DNA of 64,000 nucleotides from an uncultured Acidobacteriota bacterium (GTDB lineage Bacteria > Acidobacteriota > Thermoanaerobaculia > UBA5066). The stretch is from the NCBI GenBank assembly GCA_963779415.1, contig CAVZYA010000002.1, positions 1,600,001 through 1,664,000 on the forward strand, given 5' to 3'. The notes under the pieces were generated by a model. It was given only the letters and a program-made list of their open reading frames with translations. It was not told the origin of the DNA and searched no databases. A program made the translations under genes and the position numbers. This document shows, piece by piece, positions 50,946 through 64,000 of the stretch. How positions within the stretch are numbered: position 1 is the stretch's first letter; every line of letters begins with the position of its first letter.

Positions 50946-51937
50946 CGCGAGGGGTCCTCCACGATGTCGTGCGTCAGGGTTCCGAGGCCGTCGATCGTCA
51001 GGCTGACCTGATCGCGGGCCTTGAGCCACTGGTTCTTCGTGACGCCCGAGCCGTTCAGCTCGAGGAAACAGCCGGTACCGACCGTTCCCGATCCGATCAC
51101 CTCGCCCGGCTCCAGCATGACGCCGTCGGCGGCGCGCTGGAGGATCTGGGCGAAGGTCCAGTTCATCCCGGAGAGGTCTCCGCGGCTCACGGTGACGCCG
51201 TTCACCTCGGCGGTCATGGCCGCGCGGACGACCATTCCGCGGGGCGAGGGGAAGAGTCGCCCCTCGGCGGCGAGGTCGTCCTTCGTGACGAGCCATGGAC
51301 CGAGGGCCGTTGCGAAGTCCTTCCCTTTCGCCGGGCCGAGGTTCAGCTTCATCTCCTCGGTCTGGAGGGCGCGTGCCGAGAAGTCGTTCATGACGCCGTA
51401 GCCGAAAATGGCGGCGTCCGCCTGCTCGAGGGTAGGGTTCAAGACGCTGCGCCCGACGACGCAGAAGGCCTCCAGCTCGAAATCCAGCTGCTCGAGACGA
51501 CGGCCCCCGACGCGGAGAAGGCCGGGCCCGATGACCGAGAGGTGATTGGAGAAGTAGAAGACGGGAAACTGGTCGAACTCCGGGATCATCGGGAGGCCGC
51601 GGTTCCGCCGCGCGGTCTCGACGTGCTGCCGGAAGGCGTAGCCGTCGCGAAGGGAGACGGGGCGCGGGATGGGGGCGAGAAGCTCGGCCCGCCGCGGGTC
51701 GAGCTGCGACTTGGAGGGAAGCTCGTCGGCCATCCCGACGAGGCCGCGGATCCGCCCGAGCCGGTCGTCCTGCTCGCGGATGACGTCGAGCATGGTGGTG
51801 CCGGAGAAGACGGAATCCACTTTCGCGAGGTCGAGGACGCGTCCGGTCTCGAGCACGACGCCGATGCGGGGCTTGCGGGAGACGATCCCCGAATCGGAGG
51901 CTTCGCTCAAGGTCGGCCGGAACGTCACCAGCCTCAC
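50942..51937 (-). CDS. fumarylacetoacetate hydrolase family protein
   Basis: LDFELE, NDFSAR, KGKDF, LGPWLVT, GEVIGSGT. Confidence 0.92.
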   Translation of the reverse strand: MRLVTFRPTLSEASDSGIVSRKPRIGVVLETGRVLDLAKVDSVFSGTTMLDVIREQDDRLGRIRGLVGMADELPSKSQLDPRRAELLAPIPRPVSLRDGYAFRQHVETARRNRGLPMIPEFDQFPVFYFSNHLSVIGPGLLRVGGRRLEQLDFELEAFCVVGRSVLNPTLEQADAAIFGYGVMNDFSARALQTEEMKLNLGPAKGKDFATALGPWLVTKDDLAAEGRLFPSPRGMVVRAAMTAEVNGVTVSRGDLSGMNWTFAQILQRAADGVMLEPGEVIGSGTVGTGCFLELNGSGVTKNQWLKARDQVSLTIDGLGTLTHDIVEDPSR

Positions 51938-52020
51938 GGATCAAAGTTATACGCCTCCGGCGGGTGGCGGGAAATCCGGCTCTGCCCGGCCCCGCGTAGA
52001 GGGGGTGTGGGGGGAATCCG

Positions 52021-52371
52021 ATGACGACCGCTTCCATTGCCTCCAGCGTCCTGATTCCACGTCCGCCGCGCGACGTCTGGGACTCGCTGAAGCGCTCCGG
52101 CCGGCTGCCGGGGACGGTGCTCTCCGAGGCGCCCGCGGAACGCGTTCGCTTCGTCCACGAGGGGGTCCGCGGCTGGCTTCCGGTGGGGGACGTGGTCGGG
52201 GAGTACGTTCTCGAGCCGGCAGCCGAAGGGGTGAGACTCGATCTCTCCGTCACGGCTCTCGTCCCTGACGGGGACGCCGGCCTGAGGGTCCGGAGCCTCC
52301 TCTCGGGGTGGGTCTCGGGGTCGCTCGCCGCCCGGGCGGCGGAGCTTTCGCCGATCCGACCGGCGGCCTGA
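52021..52371 (+). CDS. hypothetical protein (SRPBCC-like)
   Basis: IASSVLIPRPPRDVWDSL N-terminus resembles the START/SRPBCC fold. Confidence 0.5.
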   Translation: MTTASIASSVLIPRPPRDVWDSLKRSGRLPGTVLSEAPAERVRFVHEGVRGWLPVGDVVGEYVLEPAAEGVRLDLSVTALVPDGDAGLRVRSLLSGWVSGSLAARAAELSPIRPAA

Positions 52372-52416
52372 CGTCGAACTCGGGCGGCGCTAACATCGCC
52401 CCCGAGGTTTCGACAG

Positions 52417-55400
52417 ATGAAGGCTTCCGCGTTTTTCGCCCGGACTCTCTGCGTACTGGTGTCGCTGGCGCTTCCCGCTCCTCCGGCTCGTTCGGCGCCG
52501 CCGGAAAAGGGGGCGAAGGCCGCTCCCGCGGCGGTGGCGACGCCCGTCCCCGAACCGCCGCCCCTCACGAAGGCCGAGCAGGAGGCGAAGTTCCATCCCG
52601 CCGCCGCCGCGATGCCGGGGGCCGAGCGCCTCCGCGGCTACGAAGAGCGCGTCGGGATGGAGAAGGCCTCTCCGCTCGCGGCGATCCGGTTCCGGAACGT
52701 CGGCCCCGAGATCCAGGGGGGGCGGATCGTCGACATCGCGGCCCCGAGAACCAGGCCCGACACGCTTCTCGTGGCGTTCGCCTCGGGCGGGCTCTTCCGG
52801 ACGGAGAACCAGGGCGGAAGCTGGACGCCGCTCTTCGACCATGAGTCGGCGATGACGATCGGCGCCATCGCGATCGGCGACGGGGACGGAAACGTCCTCT
52901 GGGTCGGCACGGGAGAGGCGAACTCCAGCCGGTCGTCGTACGCCGGCACGGGCGTCTTCAAGTCGACCGACGGCGGGAAGAGCTGGAAGAACACGGGGCT
53001 CCCGGACAGCCACCATATCGGAAGGATCGTCGTCGACGCGAAGAACCCCGACACGGTCTTCGTCGCGTCGGCGGGCCCGCTCTATACGTACGGCGGCGAC
53101 CGCGGCGTCTTCAAGACGACCGACGGAGGCGCGACGTGGAAGCGCGTCCTCTTCGTCGACGGGACGACGGGCGCGATCGACCTCGTCCAGGACCCGACCC
53201 GCCCGAACGTCCTCTTCGCCGCCACGTGGCAGCGGGACCGGAAGGCGTGGGACTTCCTCGAGTCCGGGAAGGGAAGCGGCATCTGGAAGACGACGGACGG
53301 CGGCGCGACGTGGAAGCGGCTCGCCGGCGGTCTGCCGGAAGGCGACACGGTGGGGCGGATCGGCCTCGCCCTCTCGGCGGCCCGGCCCGACCGGATCTAC
53401 ACGGTCGTCGACAACCAGGCCCGCCGTCCGGCTTCGAGGTTCCGGACGACGAGACGCCTCCCGGCGAGCTGACGGCGCGCCGGCTGCGCGTGATGACGGC
53501 CGAGCAGTTCGCGAAGCTCGACCCGGCCGTCGTCCAGACGGTTCCTTTCGTCGAACGGCTATCCGACGAAGCTGAAGGCCAAGGCACTCCAGCGTGACGT
53601 GAAGAGCGGAAAGGTCACCGTGGCCGACCTCGTCGCCTACCTCAAGGACGCGAACCGCGACCTTTTCGAGACGCAGGTGGAAGGGGCCGAGGTCTACCGC
53701 TCGGACGACGGCGGCGCCACGTGGAAGAAGCCGTATGCCGGACGGCTCGACAAGGTTTTCTACAACTACGGCTACTACTTCTCGCAGATCTTCGTCGCGC
53801 CGGACGACGCGGACCGGGTCTACTTCGGCGGCGTCCCGATGCTCCGGTCGACGGATGGCGGGAAGACGTGGGCAGGGAATCGACCGGCGCGGAGTCCACG
53901 TGGACGAGCACGCCCTCGCATTCGGCCCGAAGGACTCGCGGCACGTCGCGCTGGGGAACGACGGCGGGCTGAACCTCTCCTTCGACGGCGGGACGACGTG
54001 GGCGCGCGTCGGGAACATCCCCGTCGGGCAGTTCACGACGATCGCGGTGGACGACGGCGACCCGTACAACATCGTCGGGGGGCTCCAGGACAACGGGACG
54101 ATGCGCGGGCCGTCGAACTACCGCGCCGGCATCTTCGACCCGGGCGCGTGGAAGATGATCGCCGGCGGGGACGGGAGCATGTGCGCGATCGACCCGAAGG
54201 ACCGGAACGTCGTCTACACGGCGTCGCAGTTCGGCTTCGCGGGGCGGCAGAACCTGAAGACGGGCGAGAGGGCCCGCGTCCGCCCGCGCGGCGAGCTGAA
54301 GGAGCCGCCGCTCCGGTACAACTGGGTCACGCCGTTCCTCCTCTCGCCCAGCTCGCACGAGATCCTCTGGTTCGGGACGAACCGGCTCTTCCGCTCCTTC
54401 GACCGCGGCGACACGTTCACCGCCGTCAGCGCCGACCTCACGGCGAACCGCGAGCAGGGGAACGTCCCGTACGGGACCGCCACGTCGATCGCCGAGTCGC
54501 CGAAGAAGTTCGGCGTCCTCTGGGTCGGGACGGACGAAGGGAAGGTCTGGCTGACGAAGGACGGCGGCGCCGCGTGGAAGGACGTCTCGAAGGGGCTCGC
54601 GCCGGACCGCTGGGTGACGCGGGTCGTGGCGTCGGCCTTCGACGAGGGGACGGTCTACGTCACGCAGAACGGCTACCGGAACGACGAGTGGACGGCGTAC
54701 GTCTTCCGCTCGACGGACTACGGCGAGAGCTGGACGTCGCTCGCGAAGGGGCTCCCGCCCGAGCCGGTCAACGTGATCCGCGAGGACCCGAAGGCGAAGG
54801 ACCTCCTCTACGTCGGGACCGACCTCGGCGTCTTCGTCTCCCTCGACAAGGGCGAGACGTGGCTCGCGATGGCGGGGGACCTCCCGCACGTCCCGGTCCA
54901 CGACCTCGCGGTCCAGCCGCGCGAAGGGGACCTCGTCGTCGGCACTCACGGCCGCAGCGTCTTCGTGGCCGAGACGGCGCCGCTCCGGAAGCTCTCGTCC
55001 GACGTGAGGAAGAAGGACCTCTACGCCTTCTCCGTCAAGCCGGCCACCTGGAGCCGCTACCGGGGCTACGGCGAGCATCCGTGGATCACCTGGTTCCGCA
55101 ACCCGCCGGTGGCGCGGATCGCATGGTGGGGGACGGCGGCGTCCGCCGGTCCCGCGACCCTGACGATCCGGGACTCCTACGGAAACGTCTGGAGGGAGGT
55201 CTCGACGAAGTCCGGCGCCGGGATGAACGTCTACGAGTACGACCTGACCGCCGACGCGAAGAAGGCCGACGCGGCCGAGGCCGACGTGAAGAAGCGGCGG
55301 GAGGAGAAGGGGAAGGCGCAGGAGGAGCTGGACAAGAAGTTCGCGCCCCCGAAGTCCGACCTGAAGCCGGAGCCGGCCGGAGGAGACGACGCCGAAGAGG

Positions 55401-55618
55401 GGGAGGGCGACGCGGGGGCCGCGATGGGAGGCGGGCCCGAGAAGCCTCTCCCGCCGGACCTGGAGGCGCTTCTCGCCGACCCGTACCGCGGGACGAGGAC
55501 ACGCTACCTCCCGCCCGGGACGTACACCGTCGAGATCCGCGCCGGGAAGGCGGCGTCCGCCACGACGCTCGAGGTGAAGCGGCCGAAGAGCGAATCCCGG
55601 CGGTTCGACGAGGACTGA
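52417..55618 (+). CDS. secreted VPS10/BNR-repeat beta-propeller (glycosyl hydrolase-like), frameshifted
   Basis: Signal peptide; GPEIQGGRI, repeated S/TxDGGxTW Asp-boxes across ORFs 52417-53472, 53599- and 53735-55618; GGLQDNG, GTHGRS. Confidence 0.88.
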
Positions 55619-55636
55619 CGCCGGAAGCCGTCGCCC

Positions 55637-56668
55637 GTGCCACGCCCTCTCGGGACCGACCATCTCGATGTCGCCCCGGAGGGGACGCTCGTTCTCCACG
55701 CCGGTCACCCGAAAGGGTGGCGCGGGCGGGGGAGCGCCACGCAGACCTCGACGGCGCACCCCGGGACGGCGATCCACTGGGAGGGAGAGCTCTGGGAGGT
55801 GGTGTCGGCCGTCGACCTCCCGGACGGCGGCGCCCGGTACGAGCTTTCGCGCTGGGACGAGCGCCACGCGGCGCGGCACGTGGAGCGCTACGACGAGGCG
55901 AGCGAGCGGCGACTCGCCGAGGGGCGGAGGAACGACCGGCGGCGGACGCACGGGTTCGCGGGGGCGCTTCTTCTCTCGCCCCTCTGCGGGCTGTTGCCGG
56001 CCCAGGCACAGCAGCGGATCGAGAACGAGACGGCTTTCCCCGCGTCCGTGCTCACGATCGTCTCCGCTCTGATCGGCTTCGCGTTCGGCATCGTCTCCCT
56101 CATGAGCGTTCTCCTCGCGGCCATCGGCGGGGCGTCGTTCCTCCCGCTCTGGGCGGCGATCCCCGGCCTCTATGTCCTCGTCGAGTCGGGGGCCCGGGGA
56201 GCCGTCGCCATCGCGCAGGGCCGGCCCGTCGGGTCGTTCTTCGGCGAGGCCGCGTGGACGCTTCTCGGGAGGAGAGAGGCCGCGCCGGACGTGGCGCGCG
56301 AGGAGGAGCCGGGCGAGGAGCTGTACGACCTCTACCGGCTGAGGGAGCCGTTCCTCGCGCTTCTCTCCGAGGAGGACCAGCACCTCGCGGCGACGAGCTA
56401 CGGCTTCGACTTCGTCCGGTGGGGGCGCGTCACGGCTCTCTTAATCCTCGGCGGCCTGGCTCCGATGGCCCTCGCGACCGGGGTGACGCTTCTCGCCGCC
56501 CCTTCGGCGGGAGACGCGCTTCTCCTCTTCCTCTCCGCCCCGCTCGCCGTCGAGCAGATCTTCCGGCTCTCACGCCTCGCGCGCCGCCGGCCGGCCCCCA
56601 GCCTTCTTCGATTCGTCGCCCGTCCGTTCTGCGTCCGGCTCCTCGAAAAGGGGCGGCCGGAAGGCTGA
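55637..56668 (+). CDS. hypothetical multi-pass membrane protein
   Basis: 343-aa ORF with 4-5 hydrophobic helices. Confidence 0.7.
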   Translation: MPRPLGTDHLDVAPEGTLVLHAGHPKGWRGRGSATQTSTAHPGTAIHWEGELWEVVSAVDLPDGGARYELSRWDERHAARHVERYDEASERRLAEGRRNDRRRTHGFAGALLLSPLCGLLPAQAQQRIENETAFPASVLTIVSALIGFAFGIVSLMSVLLAAIGGASFLPLWAAIPGLYVLVESGARGAVAIAQGRPVGSFFGEAAWTLLGRREAAPDVAREEEPGEELYDLYRLREPFLALLSEEDQHLAATSYGFDFVRWGRVTALLILGGLAPMALATGVTLLAAPSAGDALLLFLSAPLAVEQIFRLSRLARRRPAPSLLRFVARPFCVRLLEKGRPEG

Positions 56669-56755
56669 TTCCCGCACCGGCGCGGAGTTGTCCGGCCCGG
56701 CGGGCAAGCTGAGACGAAATCTCGATTAATATCCGTTCATGAAGAGATCGACGAG

Positions 56756-62407
<5,652 letters not shown>

Positions 62408-62409
62408 GG

Positions 62410-64000
62410 ATGAGACCGGGCCCCAACCGCCTCGCGAACGAGCCGTCTCCCTACCTGCGGCAGCACGCCCGCAACCCCGTGGACTGGTATCCGTGGGGGG
62501 ACGAGGCGTTCGGGAAGGCGAAGCTCGAGGGAAAGCCGGTCTTCCTTTCGATCGGCTATTCCTCCTGCCACTGGTGTCACGTGATGGAGCGCGAGTCGTT
62601 CGAGAACGAGGCGATCGCCGCGCTTCTGAACGAGCGTTTCGTCGCGATCAAGGTGGATCGCGAGGAGCGGCCGGACGTGGACGACGTCTACATGACGGCC
62701 GTCCAGCTGACGAGTGGCCGCGGAGGGTGGCCGCTTTCGGCGTTTCTTCTTCCGGACGGGCGGCCGTTCCTCGCCGGGACGTACTTCCCGCCCGACGACG
62801 GGTACGGGCGCGTCGGGTTCCGGACGCTCCTTCTCCGGATCGACGAGGCGTGGCGGACGCGGCGGGAGGAGATCGAGGCGACGGCGGGGCGGCTCGCCAC
62901 GGAGATCGCGTCGAGCCAGAATCTCTCTTCGGCGCGCGGCTCCGAGCCCCTGTCGGAAGAGACGCTCCCGCGCCTCACGGCCGCGCTCTCCTCGACCTTC
63001 GATGCCCGGCTCGGGGGCTTCGGCGGCGCCCCGAAGTTTCCGCCTCATCTCTCCCTCGCGTGGCTTCTGGAGAGAGGGTTCGAAGGCGACGGCGAAGCGC
63101 GGGAGATGGCGACGACGACGCTTCGGGCGATGGCCTTCGGCGGCATCCACGATCACCTCGGCGGCGGGTTTCATCGCTACTCCACCGACGCGGAGTGGCT
63201 CGTCCCGCACTTCGAGAAGATGCTCACCGACAACGCGCAGCTCCTCGGCGTCTACTCCCGGGCCCACGCCGTGACGGGCGACCGCTTATTCGCCGAGGTC
63301 GCGCACGACACGGGCGATTACCTCCTCCGCGAGATGCGCGGGGCGGAAGGGGGCTTCTTCGCGGCGACCGACGCGGACTCGGAAGGGGAAGAGGGGAAGT
63401 ACTTCGTCTGGACGGCAGCCGAGATCCGTGAGGTCCTAGGGGGGACCGACGCCGAATATTTCTTCGAATGGTATGGGGTTCGGGAAGGCGGCAACTTCAG
63501 CGAGGAAGCCTCCGGCCACCGCACCGGCGCCAACGTTCTTCACCTTTCGAAGAAGATTTCTTCGGATGCCGAAGCGCGGCTCGTGCCCCTGCGTGCCGCC
63601 CTGCTGGCTGCGCGCGCGAAGCGCGTCCCCCCCTCTCTCGATGACAAGCGCGTCGCCGGCTGGAACGCTCTCGCCGTCTCCGGCTTCGCCGTCGCGGGGA
63701 AGGCGCTCGGCGAGCCGCGGTTCCTCGACGCGGCGCGGGAGACGGCACGGTTCCTCCTGACGACGACGCGCGACGGAGAGGGGCGGCTTCTCCGATCGTG
63801 GAAGGAAGGGAGCGGGACGATCCCGGCCTTTCTCGAGGACGAGGCGTACCTCGCCAACGCGCTGCTCGATCTGTCGGAGTCGACACCGGAGCCGGAGGCG
63901 TCCGCGTGGCTTTCCGAGGCCGTCAAGGCCATCGCGAGCCTCCGGAGACGCTTCCGCCGGCCCGAAGGTCCCGGGTTCACGCTCTCGGGCGAAGGACATG
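62410..64000 (+). CDS. thioredoxin-domain protein DUF255/YyaL (SSP411-like), 5' part
   Basis: [56 protein letters not shown]; runs off the window. Confidence 0.93.
   Translation, partial: MRPGPNRLANEPSPYLRQHARNPVDWYPWGDEAFGKAKLEGKPVFLSIGYSSCHWCHVMERESFENEAIAALLNERFVAIKVDREERPDVDDVYMTAVQLTSGRGGWPLSAFLLPDGRPFLAGTYFPPDDGYGRVGFRTLLLRIDEAWRTRREEIEATAGRLATEIASSQNLSSARGSEPLSEETLPRLTAALSSTFDARLGGFGGAPKFPPHLSLAWLLERGFEGDGEAREMATTTLRAMAFGGIHDHLGGGFHRYSTDAEWLVPHFEKMLTDNAQLLGVYSRAHAVTGDRLFAEVAHDTGDYLLREMRGAEGGFFAATDADSEGEEGKYFVWTAAEIREVLGGTDAEYFFEWYGVREGGNFSEEASGHRTGANVLHLSKKISSDAEARLVPLRAALLAARAKRVPPSLDDKRVAGWNALAVSGFAVAGKALGEPRFLDAARETARFLLTTTRDGEGRLLRSWKEGSGTIPAFLEDEAYLANALLDLSESTPEPEASAWLSEAVKAIASLRRRFRRPEGPGFTLSGEGH

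Noticed and set aside
62560-62585. CHWCH as a heme-binding motif
   Set aside because: It is the conserved thioredoxin-like motif of DUF255/YyaL proteins, and the protein has no export signal

Overview
High-GC (~70% by eye), gene-dense bacterial chromosomal segment. Gene content (DUF885, DUF4412, VPS10/BNR hydrolase, IPTL-CTERM-like protein, several Ser/Thr kinases) suggests an Acidobacteriota-like organism, which is inference only. Many single-base indels break genes at ~0.8-12.6 kb, ~49.5 kb and ~53.4-53.9 kb, most likely long-read errors. The main finding is a minus-strand cluster (819-10051) that reads as a possible trans-envelope electron conduit: a membrane-anchored FAD/NAD(P)H-2Fe-2S reductase, a His-rich heme-b-type membrane protein, a ~1,880-aa cytochrome c with ~72 CxxCH motifs (hand count across frames) and an outer-membrane beta-barrel. 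Other notable items are a 1,883-aa Ser/Thr kinase-AAA ATPase fused to two family-5 solute-binding domains; a Y1 (RAYT-like) transposase with terminal inverted repeats, tandem end duplications, a decayed second copy and a mini-element; an octaheme cytochrome with rhodanese/TlpA neighbours; a PolX lacking polymerase aspartates; and an orphan EACC1-like gene. The rest is housekeeping or accessory: tRNA-Gly, rfbA, an ABC exporter pair, a Cu ATPase, VapBC, 2-oxoacid:ferredoxin oxidoreductase, folE, pyk and a diguanylate cyclase.
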